Assembly: GCF_963506605.1 (NCBI RefSeq)
Contig: NC_083276.1
Coordinates: 106,702,001 to 106,766,000, forward strand
Direction of reading: 5' to 3'
DNA length: 64,000 nt
From: Zootoca vivipara
Lineage: Eukaryota
Shown here in pieces: positions 1 to 13,330 of the stretch (the first letter of the stretch is position 1; each line of letters opens with the position of its first letter). The notes under the pieces were generated by a model. It did not search any database and was not told the DNA's origin. It saw nothing but the letters and a program-made list of their open reading frames with translations. Position numbers and translations under genes: made by a program.

Positions 1-619
1 TCTGTTTGCTATGCATTTGCCCACCTCTAAGGATATCATAACCAAATTGGGCATGTTGGTTCCTGATATGAAAGAACATATTTTCATCTATGTTTGGGTA
101 CTATTGGACACCATTTTGAATCAAGATGGCGGACCAGACATTTCCAAACTGGCCTTAACTGACATTCCCCTATTGGAGGAAATCTTTTCAGAGGACCTGA
201 CACAAGAAGAAGCGAAGGCCACCAACTTGTATTAATAAATCTTGTTATTGTATATTAATTTACAAAGTCCTGAACAATTTAGCTCCAGGGCACCTCTGGA
301 ACTTCTGAACCCTTATATCCCAACTCATCATCTGCAGGAGCATCTCTGGATGTTTTACCTGTTTTGCCAGACCTATGCTAGCGATTGAGAAGATACCCTT
401 CCAAAACAGTTTATTGAGGTATGTTTTTAACTATTTAATGCTTTTTATTATGGTTTTATGATTTATTTCTCTAAACAGCTTTGATAATTTTTATGGCATA
501 AAGGTAAATAAATATTTCTATAATAAACAAATGAATAAACTTGGATGCTTTTAAAGGAAGATTAGATAAATTCTTGGCATTTATGGCTCTCGGTGTCTAG
601 TAGCCATGGTGGCTATATT

Positions 620-766
620 CAGTGCTTTTTTGCTGGTGGGACGCGGGGGTACGCATACCCCTTAACATTTTGTGAAAAGTTTGGCCTTGTTGAGGGGGAG
701 TATTTTAATATAAGTAGGAAGATGAGAGTACCCCTAAACATGTTTTTTTTGGGGGGGGAAGCACTG
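620..766. mobile_element. hAT-type MITE inserted in an old CR1-like 3' fragment
   Basis: TIRs CAGTGCTT...AAGCACTG; 8-bp TSD gctatatt/gttatatt (7/8). Confidence 0.7.
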
Positions 767-944
767 GTTATATTGTGCCTTCACTGGTGGAAGTAGTGTG
801 CCTCTGAATATGCGTAGGATTTCAAACACTTAATTGTATTAAGTACTTTTACAGTTTTTTAATTTAAAATTGCATTACTGTGCCTAGGGCTTGTCAGTTT
901 TACTAGAGCCTGTGCATAGGCTATAATACTGGAAGGCAAGAGAA

Positions 945-945
<1 letters not shown>

Positions 946-1005
<60 letters not shown>

Positions 1006-1008
1006 ACA
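946..1008. repeat. Compound (TC)n(AC)n microsatellite; other SSRs at ~1310-1360 (TA), 2806-2852 (TG), 6732-6766 (ATC), 11642-11672 (TG), 24938-24984 (AAT), 44184-44231 (CCT)
   Basis: Directly visible tandem repeats. Confidence 0.95.
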
Positions 1009-1307
1009 GTGTGAAAATAGACAGATAATTCTTGCATTCCCCCTCCCATGTATCCACAAGAACAAGGACTAGCTTATATATCCACAAGAATTCAGGGAAG
1101 GCTATTGAAACAACTAAATATTATTCAACATTTTAGAGAAGCTATTGAGAAATGGTATCTAGTAATTCAACATGTTAAAGAGAATTAAGAATTTCAAGGC
1201 AAAGAGTAGATTATATGTCTTAATAAATTAGTTGTATTTACAAACTGAACGTTAATCATTTCTGGTGAAAGGTTTTTTGAGGAATGATGCCTGCCAGCCT
1301 TATACAC

Positions 1308-1363
<56 letters not shown>

Positions 1364-2800
1364 TAAGAACTTCAGTATTTGTTATGTTTTAAATCTATAA
1401 TTTATTAAGCCTATGGTATTTTTTTGTAATAGGCATATGTAATAAAGATTTTTTTTAAATAGTTTGGGGAAAGGTCTAGGTTATTTTGGGAGAGGTCCCT
1501 CTGTGAATGTGGCCCTGTTTACACCTGATAAGATTTGTTTCCAAGGCACAGGAGGAAAGTATGCCTCCAAGTGGAATGACAAAAAAAGGAGAAATTTACT
1601 CGAGATCTTAATTCATGTTTTCCCATTTAGACCTTTTCAGAAATCGAAAGTTTCTGAAACCATTTCAAATGGCTACTGATTTCTCAAGGTATAAAGGATA
1701 CCATGCTGGGCTTGAACCTGTCCTCCAATTTCTCAAAATTTTCTTCCCCTGTGAAAGAGACTTCAGTTTTTCCGCCTCTTCTTCACTTTAGATTTGGGGC
1801 TGCGGGGTAAGATCAGGGTTGGGCTTTAACTTATTGTTGTGGTGTGGCTGTGTACAAACTGTGCGTGTGTTAAACATTTCTTCAGCACTATGCAGCTTTC
1901 CCGGCTGCCTGCACTTCCTGATCTGAAAAAATGTCCTGTGGGAGAAATTACCTCCGGCTGACTTCCCCTGAGCTTTTATTCGAGGTGGAGGAAAACCAGG
2001 CTGCTGTGTGCCTGATGTTTTCACTGGTTTTGCTTTTAAGCATGGGCATAGCCAGGGTTTTTGTTAGGGGGGCAGAACCTCAGATTTGTATTGATTTTGG
2101 GGGGACAGCTGCCCCCCACCCGCTACGCCAGTCAAGGTAAACCCAGCCAGATAGGCAGGGTATAAATAATAAACGTATTATTGTTGTTGTAATTATTATT
2201 ATTATTAGGAAGTACAGACCACTGGCGTTGACGGATCACCAAAGAGATGATTTGTGGAACAAAATTAATGGCATCACAAACAACCCTTGACCACCTCGAA
2301 AGAAAGGAAAACCCAACAAAAGTCCTGCACCTGTAAGAATTTCTCTGAAATTTTGTCTCCTCATTCATAATTTTCAGATGCATTTTCTTTTCTCATAAAT
2401 GGGTGAAGAATGCTTGAGGTGGGCAGCGGCGGGAGGCAACGCAGGGGAAATGTTTGGCACAGCAGTAATAAGGAAGCATTCATTCTTATCTGCTGTCAGT
2501 GTGTGGGCCTCTGGTCTCTGAAGAATACAAGCCACAGCGGATACACTCTCCTTCCTTCCTTTCCTTTCCATTCTTCTCATTTCATTTCCTAGCTCTTTTG
2601 AGTAAGAAAAATAAGAAAATCAGATGATCCGTTCTGTGTGCCTCACATAAAGATGCTCTTCCATCTCTTGCATGTAGGCAGCCAACAGAAAATGAGTACC
2701 GTGTTAGAAGAACAGGTGTGTTTTCACTTGGAAGAAAGCAGCAAGAGATATGAAAATGACTTAACAGCTGGCGAGGAAAAGATATTGAACTTGTGCCAGG

Positions 2801-2853
<53 letters not shown>

Positions 2854-3164
2854 TTTTCCTTTGCGAAGGGCTTGCCCAGATGGCATCTTCCCCTATGTCT
2901 GGTTTAAACCGGAAATGGGGACAGCGAAATTACTGCAAGAAATAGGTAGCAAGCAGATCATTGCTTTGTGACTCATTCCTTCTTTCGGATTCCGCAACCT
3001 GTGTGGATCCTAGCAAACCTGGTTCTGCCATTGGTAGTAGCAAGGGGTCAGCACAGTCCCAGTTCCTTGCAGGTGACCCATGCAATGATGGAATTATTCA
3101 CCCCTGAAAGCCTAAGATCCCAATTAGAACAGTCACAATTGCAAACCGTTGTGAAATCTTAAAA

Positions 3165-3470
3165 CAGGGGTCCCCAGACTAAGGCCCTGGGACCGGATGT
3201 GGCCCAATCGCCTTCTAAATCCGGCCTGCGGACGGTCCAGGAATCAGCATGTTTTTACATGAGTAGAATGTGCTCTTTTATTTAAAATGCATCTCTGCGT
3301 TATTTGTGGGGCCTGCCTGGTGTTTTTACATGAGTAGAATGTGTGCTTTTATTTAAAATGCATCTCTGGGTTATTTGTGGGGCATAGGAATTCATTCATT
3401 TTTTCCCCAAAAAATATAATCTGGCCCCCCACAAGGTCTGAGGGACAGTGGAAAAGTTTGCTGACCCCTT
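3165..3470. mobile_element. hAT (Charlie-like) non-autonomous element with internal ~70-bp tandem duplication
   Basis: Ends CAGGGGTC...GACCCCTT; exact 8-bp TSD tcttaaaa on both sides; duplicated TGTTTTTACATGAGTAGAATGTG...TTATTTGTGGGG unit. Confidence 0.85.
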
Positions 3471-3645
3471 TCTTAAAAGATCATAAAACATAAATGATCG
3501 TGCTACAAAATTATCATACCATAAGCAATCGTGTAAGAAAACAGTGACACTCTGATATCTGCTAGCTTTGTACTAATATTGCGTGCTTAAGCTAAGTTTA
3601 TTAGAGTAGGTCTATAAAATATGTAGGGCCTATATCGCTTCCCGC

Positions 3646-3890
3646 CACTGGCAGAGGAAGAGGAGTGCAGGGGGAGCGCACTGCCCCCGGCAGCGCGATC
3701 CCGGTGGGGTGCCATCGCAGCTGCTCCCCCTCGCCCACGCTGGCTGCCATGCATCCGCAAGCAGTGCACCACGCCCCCAGGACATGCCGCACCCCTGCAG
3801 GCAGCGTGCCACGCCCCTGGGACACGCACCAGCCCCGCCCACTCTCCACGCCCCTCCCTCCCGGTGCCAGAGCATGAAGCTCCGCCACTG
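3646..3890. mobile_element. hAT-Tip100-like GC-rich MITE
   Basis: TIRs CACTGGCAGAG / CTCCGCCACTG; 8-bp TSD cttcccgc/cttcccac; internal CCACGCCCC repeats. Confidence 0.75.
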
Positions 3891-4587
3891 CTTCCCACTA
3901 AAAAGTCCCAGAGTGATTTACAAGCAAGTAAAATATGCACTAATACAATGCATGTATAAAACACAGTCATCAATTCCAGGAGTTGGGGGAGGCAGGAGTA
4001 TGCTCATGACACACAGGTTAGGACTTGTAGCGGTGAACATACACTTGAAAGCTATGTATCATGAGTACTTTTATTATTATTTTTGCAAACGTCAAGGAAG
4101 GTAAAAGACTTTAGAGCACATCCAGCACAATTGCCCTTCCCCCAATTGCGGTGGCACAAATCACAGCTGATTTTACAGTTGTATTTGCCCTAGAGAGCTG
4201 CAGCTGGTATGGTTTGCAATTTCAAAGCTGTGGCAGCTCTCTGCTGCTGGGAGCATGAAGCACACTTGCTTGTCACTTGCAAAACCTTCTGTCCAGAATC
4301 AAGTAATTACAGGAAATCCTTAATTCCACTGATTGTTGTTTTCTCTCCTCGCTTAGTCTAGGAATGAAATATGGAAATTGCATGATGACTGCTTGAGAAA
4401 TTAAGTCATTAACTTTTTATGATGATGAAACTGATCTGACTGGAAGGCTGCTTGTGAAGAAACTCTTTCTCTATTCTCTATTCTCCGCCACCGCTCCCCC
4501 CCCCCCGCCCCCCAGAACTGCTGTAGATGTGCAGCTGTGTGAAAGTCACTAAGTCTAGTGAAATTTCTGCAGTGCATTTATCTAGAA

Positions 4588-4907
4588 CAGGGGTGGCCAG
4601 CTTCCAAGAGACTGCGATCTACTCACAGAGTTAAAAACTGGCAGTGATCTACCCCCCTTTTTGGGATTCAAGTCAAATTTGTGGAGTTTCTTTAGGGAGT
4701 AGGAAAGCGATGCTGAGCTTTTTTTAGGAAGGAAAACCCTGTTTTTTGGTGGTTCAGGTCAAAGTTATTGAGCTTTTTTTAGGGAGGAAAGCCCCGTTTT
4801 TAGGGGTGCAGGGCTTCTTGGGGGGGGAGCCGGTAATCTACCAATGATCTACCACAGACATCCAGTCATCTACTGGTAGATCATGATCTACCTGTTGGAC
4901 ATGCCTG
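4588..4907. mobile_element. hAT non-autonomous element (related copy at 27657-27875)
   Basis: CAGG...CCTG termini, exact 8-bp TSD atctagaa; repeated GATCTAC subterminal motifs shared with the 27657-27875 copy (TSD ccttacag/ccttagag). Confidence 0.85.
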
Positions 4908-5351
4908 ATCTAGAATATAGTTTGAAGATCTATGGATGGCTAGCAACTGACTGCCTGGCACCAAACGAAACACACTCAAACTCCTTAAACAAAGAAGACA
5001 TTTACTCAACAAATCCGTTGAGGCATGTTGACAATTCTTCCTCTTTTGCAGACCTTGATGCAAATATGTAAAAAAACAAATTACGTTGGGCAGGGTTCTC
5101 ATGTTTATGAATAATCCATAGCTGAATCAACGAGACACCTGTATTTATATAGTGAAATCTCCATTTATTATACTGCATTTGCCATTGTAACGATTTTTAC
5201 AGTTCAGACTCTCATCTGGCCTGCACGGCGGCTGTTGTGCTAATGGAGATCCTTGTATGGGCTTCTGATAGTGCGACTCATTGTTTCATATTTACCACTG
5301 GAAAGGGGGGCATCCTTATGGGGATTGGCACTATCTACCCTCCAGGTAAGT

Positions 5352-5587
5352 ACCGTGTTTCTCATATTATAAGACATGTCTTATATTTATTTTTTCCTCA
5401 AAAAACACACTATGGCTTATTTTCAAGGGATGTCTTATTTTTTTCCTCCTCCTCCTGCTGCGGCCGGCATTGCTGCTGCGCCTATCACTATGTCTTATTT
5501 TCGGGGTATGGCTTATATTCATTGAATGCTTAAAAATCCTGCTATGGCTTATTTTATGGGTATGTCTTAAAATATGAGAAACAGGGT
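5352..5587. mobile_element. Tc1/mariner-pogo type MITE (related copies ~10965-11132, 11461-11642, 28693-29225, 52815-53025)
   Basis: TA-flanked CCGTGTTTCTC...GAGAAACAGGG TIRs with repeated TAAGAC/GTCTTAT subterminal motifs. Confidence 0.75.
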
Positions 5588-6167
5588 AGGTCAGTCTTCA
5601 GAAGCTCATTCCGGCAAAGATGGAGTCATGTTCTAGATAACTTTGTCCATAGCCTGCTTAGATATAGAAGACAGCGACTAAAGAATGCTGCTCATAAGCA
5701 GCTGAACAATACTTGTCCCAGCAAAAAGCTCTTAAAGCCTTCCAGATGAACCATTTAGCATTTGTTAAAGGGCCGTTGCATGTCATCAGCACACAGTAAA
5801 CCTGCAGTGCGTTTTTTCTTGTGTCCTATCTGTGGCAGGGGACAGAGTAGTTTTGGTAGGGTTGCCATATTTCATAGAAATATGTGAAAATCCAGACACA
5901 AAAGTTGTTGAGCTTTTGCTTTTGCTTTTTTCAAAATCTCCAAACAGGAAATTTATTTCCGCTGTGGGTTGCCATATACCCAGCTATGCTATTGTAGCAT
6001 AGTTCAGAAACAACAGAGCTTCCCAACAGAGCTTCCAGGTGAAGTGGCAATACTGAGGGTGTCATGCCTGAGGGCCCCTAAAATCTTGGAGCACTGTTCA
6101 TACCCAGACCCATTTCTACATGTGAGCACACATTTAGGCCTTTTAAAAAATCAGCAAGGCTCTACAC

Positions 6168-6305
6168 CAGTGTTTCCCAACCAGTGTGCCTCCAGATGTT
6201 TTGGGACTACAACTCCCATCATCCCTAGCTAGCAAGACCAGTGGTCAGGAATGATGGGAGTTGTAGTCCCAAAACATCTGGAGGCACACTGGTTGGGAAA
6301 CACTG
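6168..6305. mobile_element. Palindromic hAT MITE
   Basis: Near-perfect 138-bp inverted repeat CAGTGTTTCCCAACC...GGTTGGGAAACACTG; exact 8-bp TSD ctctacac. Confidence 0.92.
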
Positions 6306-6485
6306 CTCTACACAAACACACTGCAACATGACTTCTTCCCCAATCAATTATATTTTGATTTGTTTGTTTTAGATTAGTCCATGATTTTATATTTTTGTTT
6401 TAGACAGGTTGTTAACCACCAGCAGAATCTCATACCCTCCAACATTTCTCCGATGAAAATAGGGGCATCCTATTCAATACTACTA

Positions 6486-6726
6486 CAGTGGTACCTTGGT
6501 TTAAGAACAGCTTAGTTTATGAACAACTTGGATTAAGAACGCTGCAAACCTGGAAGTAGGTGTTTTGGTTTCTGAATTTTGCTTTGGAAGCAGAACATGT
6601 TCCGCTTCCTGTTGAGTGTGTTCCGTTTGTTCCCGCTGCTATGGGAAAGCACGCCTTGGTTTTAGAACACTTTGGTTCAACAATGGACTTCCAGAACGGA
6701 TTAAGTTCATAAACCAAGGTACACTG
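6486..6726. mobile_element. pogo/Tigger-like MITE (related copies 26409-26616, 27977-28183, 30724-31001)
   Basis: TA TSD; TIR CAGTGGTACCTTGGTTTA...TAAACCAAGGTACACTG. Confidence 0.85.
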
Positions 6727-6730
6727 TACT

Positions 6731-6767
<37 letters not shown>

Positions 6768-6830
6768 TCAACATTTATACCCCAGCCATCTGCTTGGGTT
6801 GCCAAAATAAATATTTGGCTGACAAAACAG

Positions 6831-7245
6831 TCTTCTTCTTCTTTGGCGATCACTCGTAGCCGAGTAAGATTGTCTTCCATAAACACGGTTTTAACGATGG
6901 GTCCGTAAGTGACTGTGGAGGCCAATTCTGGATCCACACGTCCTTCCACAGTGGGGACATTGGTTTCCAGGCAGGAGTTGATCACAGTGTGGATTTGCCA
7001 AGCGTGCCTTCCTCTTTGCACACTTCTCCCTTGCGTCCTGAGTTTGAGTGTCTTCAAAGCCTATGACACCTTTGGGAAAGGCCGTTCTCCAACTGGAGCA
7101 CTCGCAGGCTAGTGTTTCCCAGTTGTCAGTGTTTATACTACATTTTTTAAGATTTGCCTTGAGACAGTCTTTAAACCTCTTTTGTTGACTACCAGCATTA
7201 CGCTTTCCATTTTTAAAGTTCGGAATAGAGTAGTTGCTTTGGAAG
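6831..7245 (-). mobile_element. RTE-clade LINE, 5'-truncated 3' end
   Basis: ORF 6891-7280(-) reads ...GKRNAGSQQKRFKDCLKANLK...NWETLA...CPHCGRTCGSRIGLHSHLRTH, typical RTE ORF C-terminus with zinc finger; (GAA)n tail. Confidence 0.85.
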
Positions 7246-8109
7246 ATGATGTGTGCATTCAAATGATGTGTATACTGCAATCTCCATTGTGTGCTAAAAG
7301 TGGCCTCTTGGTGATTTCATCCAGGAATTAATTCTGAACCATGGCACATATAAGGCATCTTCTGTGCCCTGGAAAGGGCCAAGCATTAGTACCTTCTAGA
7401 AGCAATATAGGGCTTATTCAAAGTGTGTACCTTATTCCTGGTTCCCCACCACCACTTAAAAAAAAAAAAAAACACCAACAACACAGAGGAGGTTTAAATG
7501 GCTTTTGCATTTCCCAGAACTGTAATGTAAATTTGAAGTCTATATTGGCCAGAATGCATATTAGATTTTTAAATGGCTTTCCTCCACATGGACATTTAAA
7601 TGCACAAATCATGCAAGAGAGGCTTTTAATGTGCGAAAACATCTTCGGCAGAGGAGACAGGAGAGGCAAGGTGAAAATTACCATATCCTGGAGACCCACC
7701 ACTTAAGAGCCAAACAGTTGCTATTTTCCAAACCCTAAATCCTCAAAAGAATTGCAATGTTGGGCTGCCTGCCAATTTAAACAATTGCCAGTAGGCCCGA
7801 TGATCCGGTTGCAATCAAATAGACAGAAAAAAGCAGTAACCACTCAAAAATCTCAAAGAAACAGATTTTTCATGTTTAAACAATTCCAAAGGAAGACTCC
7901 TTCTATACCCAACAATATAAAGAGCAGGAGCATTGTCTGACTTTGAAATGCCACCAATAATGTCTAATAAATCCAAATGCACTATATATCTGAACTGACC
8001 AATTTGGGAGTTGCGTCCGGGTGCTCAGATTGAAGGGTTGGTAAAAAAGAAAAAAATGCAAAATGTGGACTTTGTTTTTATTTACAGTCTCATTTCCCCT
8101 ACCCTGAGA

Positions 8110-8835
8110 TATCATAGAATTGTAGAGTTGGAAGGTACCCTGAGAATCATCTAGTCCAACCCCCCTGCAAAGCAGGACTATGCAACTGTCCCATACGGCA
8201 GTGGTTTTCAACCAGCGTGCCATGGCACCCTGGCCTCTGTCCCTCTTTCCTTCCCTCCCTCCTCTGATGCCGTCTCAGGTCTCTGCCTCAAAGGCTTTCA
8301 CGACTGTTTGTTGCAGCAGCCCTGGCTACAAGCTCCCCAGGCGAGTGGTGCCTCTGGGGCTGGCCAGGGGGTGCTGGTTGCAGGAGCTGATGTGGCCTCT
8401 GAGTAAGCAAGTGGGCGAAAAAGCCCGGCCAGCCAGTCTACCAGCCCTTGCTGTTGGGAATGGACAGACATGACCCAAGTCCCTATGGGGCAGTGTGAGG
8501 AGGCACCTCTCTTTGGGGCGGGGGGGGGGGGCATCTCAGAGACCAAGAGCAGCAGCAGCGGCTGCTCAGAGGCCTCCCAAAGAGAAGGGAGAGAAGAGAA
8601 GGCTGAGGGAACACTCTACAAGGGAAGGTGTTCAAAAAAGGGTGAGAGGCTGCCAGCTCTGCAGGTAAGGGGTGATATAACAGGGCTCCTGAGCCCCACA
8701 GGAGTGCCACAGAAAGAATGTAGTTGGTCAAGGGAGCTGTGGACTCAAAAAGGCTGAAAACCTCTGCCTTACAGGGATCAAACTTGCAACCTTGGTGCTA
8801 TCAGCACCACACGCTAAGCAAATGAGCTATCCAGG
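8110..8835 (-). mobile_element. tRNA-Ile-derived SINE with CR1-type 3' tail, interrupted by a hAT element
   Basis: Minus strand TAGCTCATTTGCTTAGCGTGTGGTGCTGATAGCACCAAGGTTGCAAG resembles tRNA-Ile; tail GGTTGGACTAGATG...TTCCAACTCTACAATTCTATG is CR1-like. Confidence 0.7.
8199..8766. mobile_element. hAT non-autonomous element with GC-rich interior
   Basis: TIRs CAGTGGTTTTCAACC / GGCTGAAAACCTCTG; 8-bp TSD ccatacgg/ccttacag (6/8). Confidence 0.75.
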
Positions 8836-11639
8836 ATATCCAACTGAGCTATTCTCACTGTTAATTTAGAACACCGTCAGTGTCTTACATGTGCTAAAGG
8901 AAATGTGCCATTTCCCACGAGATGTAATTCACACATTCAAGTTCATCACTTGCTGGCTGTAACATCAAATGAAGACTTCCATGTGTGAACAAACCCTTGG
9001 CACTGCAGAAATAAAGTTTGCATCGAGGTTTTAAGTATCACATATGCCCCCTTTTTTTAAGTACACAAAATCTCATATACAAGTATACAGTAGATACACT
9101 TGCATGTTTTAACATGTAGTATGTGAATCTGGCCTTAATATACAGTATAATTATTATTTGCCCTGTTGTCTGTTTTGAAGAGCATTGTGATTACTTTGAT
9201 AATACATATATTTAGGGGGTGGGGGTAATTCCTATATACTACTGCACTGCTGTTATGTGTGGCCTTTCTGAAGTGCATGAGATTCTTTCCCAGTCTAGAG
9301 TCTTCTACTTACAGCTTGTTTTCACTTTGAATTCTCATTTAGAGAGAACATGTTTCATAATGATTGGCTGTCTGTGGCTACATACAAGGAAGTTCTCAAG
9401 TGGGGGATTTCTCAGTGGAAGTTCCCATCTAACCTCAGTCATAAACCAAACAGGACACTGCCTGAGTTCTACTTTTCTTAAGTTCCTGGGGAGAAAGCTT
9501 TCTAATTCTGTGAACATTATCTACTTTGTTATTATTAGGAACGGAGGCAAAATTAAAAGGTTCATCAAGAGATTACGTACAAGGTAACCAAAATATTTCT
9601 TTGTATATAACCCATAAACAAAGACTGTTTGGTGCTGCTGAAATATATGGTGTGAAGTTAGCAGTATGCTGCCTTGTATCAAGTCACTATTTTGAAGAAA
9701 GGGCATGGCATCTATAATTCTAATATTATTTTTAACTGATCTGGTGCTTCTGTTTAAGTAATTAAAGTTGGGCTCGTCTTTTGATTCTTAACCTTTGTGC
9801 CTACCCATAGGCTACAAAAATGAGGTTCCAGTCTTAAACACATTTGACTAGGAAGGAAGCCCCATTGAACTTAATGGATTTACTTTTCAGTAAACACAAC
9901 TGGGGCTGTGCATTGACAGCAGCCTCACAAATATAGCATGTTAAAATTCAATAGGTTGCCTGAGTAAATCCATTCTCTGCTTTAAACAAGTTATAATCGT
10001 TTTTGTTAAGATTGCATATATCCCTTCTCCTCCTAATATGAACTTCCCCATTAGAATCGAATTTTACTCATCCTCTAGCACTGAGACTTATATATGTGTT
10101 CTGCTCAGTCATCACAATTCTGGTACAATCATGCATAACACTGTGAACATGATTTGTGTGCTGTTTTTATGGTGATGCCTTATGGTAGTTTAGTACTAGA
10201 GCACTGGGGTCCTGCTAGGTACTTAAAAAACTAGAGGACCAGGCCCATGACACAAATGTATATAAAACTTTCACATGTTTATTTATACATAGAGATACCC
10301 CTGGAAAATTAAGGTGGTTGGTGGCTGAGGTCTCACCAACACTGCACTTGACATGTGCACAACTATCCTATAAATTGCTTGTGCTCAAGAAACATTTTTT
10401 AAAAAAACACACATTTAAACAGTGATGGAGAAGTACCACCCATCCCATAATAACAGCACACCCCCTGGACTAGGATTAGTAATTATATTTTACAGTGATT
10501 TAGTACTAGGGGAACATCTATAATAATACTGAGCTTTCAATGCTGATGTTACAGTATACTAGGCACAACACATCAGGAAGCACTTTGTTACAAGGGGGCT
10601 GGCACAAGAGAACTTGCCAATGGATTATGCTCACTCCTTGGTGGGAAGAAGCAAGATAGAAATTTGTCCTACCACTCCCCCTAAGGCAGGGGTGGGGAGC
10701 CTTTTTAGCCCACAGCACCGGATCTTTATCTCCTATGGACTAATTTTGACAGCTAGGCAGAAACACCAACCTGTCAATCATCTGGCATCGTAAGGGCCTA
10801 AATTATACCATTCCAACCATTTTTGTTATATAACTACCGTGGTGGACAGGTACAGACGAGTGCAAAAAAATCATCAGACTAAGACTGTACTCCTATACAT
10901 ACTTCACCTGAAACTAAGCCCCCACTGCTTTGGTACTTATTTCTAAGTCAACATGTACTGTACTGTATTTTTCCGTGTATAAAACTAGGGTTTTTTCCTT
11001 TAAAATGTCAAACATTAGGGGGATGTCTTATACACGGGGTCATCTCTCCCCCCCCCCATTTTCTTAAATCTGAGTCCCCCCAAAATAGGGTGTCTTATAC
11101 ATGGGGGCATTATATAGACGGAAGAATACGGTAAGTTGACTATGGATGCCACCTAGTTAAAGCTGTACTGTACCTTGGACTCCCGTTGATCTTGATAAGA
11201 GAGACAACACATGCCTAAACCTCTGTATCTGAATTATGAATGTTTAGATTAGGACCTGGATTTTACTAGATAGAATGTTGGACATTATTTTATTTTTGCT
11301 TCACGTAAGATGAATCATGTTACCATTATTAGACAGAAGTGTTTTTGTGGGGTAGAAGACATTTATCCACTTGATGTGGGCCATCTACTGTTTGAAAATG
11401 TGGATAGAGGATGGGCTATTAATGAGTTCCATCCCAAAGGTATTTATAAATATATATATACCGTATATTCCGGCATATAAGATGACTGGGCGTATAAGAC
11501 AGCCCCCAACTTTCCCAGTTAAAATACAGAGTTTGGGATATACTCGCCGTATAAAAAATACGACCCGGCGTATAAGACGATCCCCGACTTTTGAAAAGAT
11601 TTTCCTCGGGTAAAAAGTAGTCTTATACACAGGAATATA

Positions 11640-11675
<36 letters not shown>

Positions 11676-12379
11676 ACACATACATACATACATAATACAT
11701 ATAGAAAGTGCCATGTGCTACTGTGAAGACACCAAGGAGGAAAAGTCTTAAAACTTTTCTCAAAACCACTAGAGAAACTATGCCAATTATGGCGGATTGT
11801 GCATGCATTTGGGAACCCATTTATTAATTTAAAAAAACAATCTATTTGCATGTTGGTAGTGCTAATGTTCCAACCCATTTTGGATTACAATGTAGCCCAG
11901 TAATGGGTCCCAACCCACCTGCTGAAGTCTAGTGCAGTAGTGTCACTGGGCCATAAGAGCTCTGATGAGCTCTCCATGGCAATGAGGCAAATCAAGACTG
12001 ATCTGGATGGTCAAACAGCTGCAAGGATGGCGTGGGGAGCATCACCTGAGCCGGAAGCAAGCAAGTCACCCCATTTCAAATCCCACCAGGGCATAATTAC
12101 ATCTCTGCACTATAGCAGGGGTGGGTATGTGTGGCCTCCAGATGTTGTTTTCCCCAACCCACATCTCCCTTCTTTTTTCTTCTGTTTCCCATTGGACAGT
12201 GCATCAGTTAGGGCTGAGCCTAGCAGGCTGTCCTCTGCACAGCACTGCAGGGGAACTTCCAGACACCTGGGTCTTCCAGATGTCAATGAACTCAGACTCT
12301 CATCTGCCGCAGCCAGCAGGGCCAACAGCCAAGGACGAAGCGCCTGAGCTGCACCAGGCTCTCCATCCACCCCGACTCA

Positions 12380-13330
12380 AGAGCAAGGGGGGAAACCAGG
12401 CGTTTTCTCCTTCACGCTCTCCGGGCGGGCTTGGATCGGGTCCGACGAACTTGGCTAGAAGGGAGGAGACACAGGGAAGGGACTGGAAAACAGCCAGCGG
12501 TGTGGGGACTGCGGCCAGGAGCGGCCAGACAGTCGCCCTCTTCTGTTTCCTGGGCGAAGGCAGCGGCAGCAGCCGGAAATCTGGCCCGTGGAAAAGGGCA
12601 AGGGGTGAGAGGAGGCGGCCCTACACGGGCGGGGACCGGCTCTGGGGCTTCACCCCGCTGACCCCACTTGGGCAAGGCGATCTCGGAGGCGCCGCGCGCA
12701 ATTTTACGCGCCCAGTCACATGGCCCGAGGAAGCCAGCAGGAAGTGGATTGTGGTTCCTGGGTTGCGCGTCAGGGCCGCTGCTTTGCGCCCGGGCGCTTG
12801 GAGAGGCGAGCAGAGCGGAGGTGGCTGCGAAATCCGCGAGTTTCCTTGCCTTTGTAAGTAGCCCGCTGTATCCCAGGCTGAGCAAACGAGGGCGATATCC
12901 CTTCTCCTCTCTGTTACCAGCTATTGCCAAACGCGTCTCCTTTTTGTCGTTGTCACTTGCCCGCCTTTAACCCTCTGCGCTTCCGAAGGAGCATTTCCGC
13001 GGCAAAAAAAGTGCGGTGCTCAGCCGCATCTCAGAAAAGCTGGCGTGTGTTTCTCAAAACGGCGCGATCATAAACTTGTTTACTTCTCTTTCCCTTTTCT
13101 TTTTGTAAGCCTGGATTTATTCCGAGGGATCTGCTCCCAAATTCAGTGTGCATGGGAATGCCGCCTAACTAGCGTTGATTCTTCTTCTCCGCGCCCCCCC
13201 CCCCCGAAAGAAAAAAACTTCCCGGCGTCTTTCTGCTCACTAACTCGGCCTGAAGAAGTTTGAAGGGATACTTTCAGTGCGTCGGTCTCTCGTGCATTTC
13301 CTTAGAAGGGCGGAAGTGCCTAGGGAGAAA
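12380..13330 (+). promoter_or_regulatory. TANK: CpG-island promoter of TANK with probable non-coding exon 1 ending at 12853
   Basis: High GC and CpG density; GC box GGGCGGGG (~12627), ETS motifs CAGGAAGTG (~12738) and GCGGAAGTG (~13310); 5' splice site TTT|GTAAGT at 12854; 7 kb upstream of the ATG exon. Confidence 0.75.

Noticed and set aside
11-1460. 74-aa ORF and AT-rich sequence as a gene
   Set aside because: No recognisable protein family or exon chain; may be decayed LINE sequence but I cannot support a family call
3240-3385. Direct repeats (also 30784-30947) as a CRISPR-like array
   Set aside because: Only two copies, inside TIR/TSD-bounded MITEs, no unique spacers, vertebrate context
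12121-12930. Long ORFs (246 aa +, 172 aa -) over the promoter
   Set aside because: Stop-poor GC-rich CpG island, partly repeat-derived, low-complexity G/R/A/P composition and no recognisable homology
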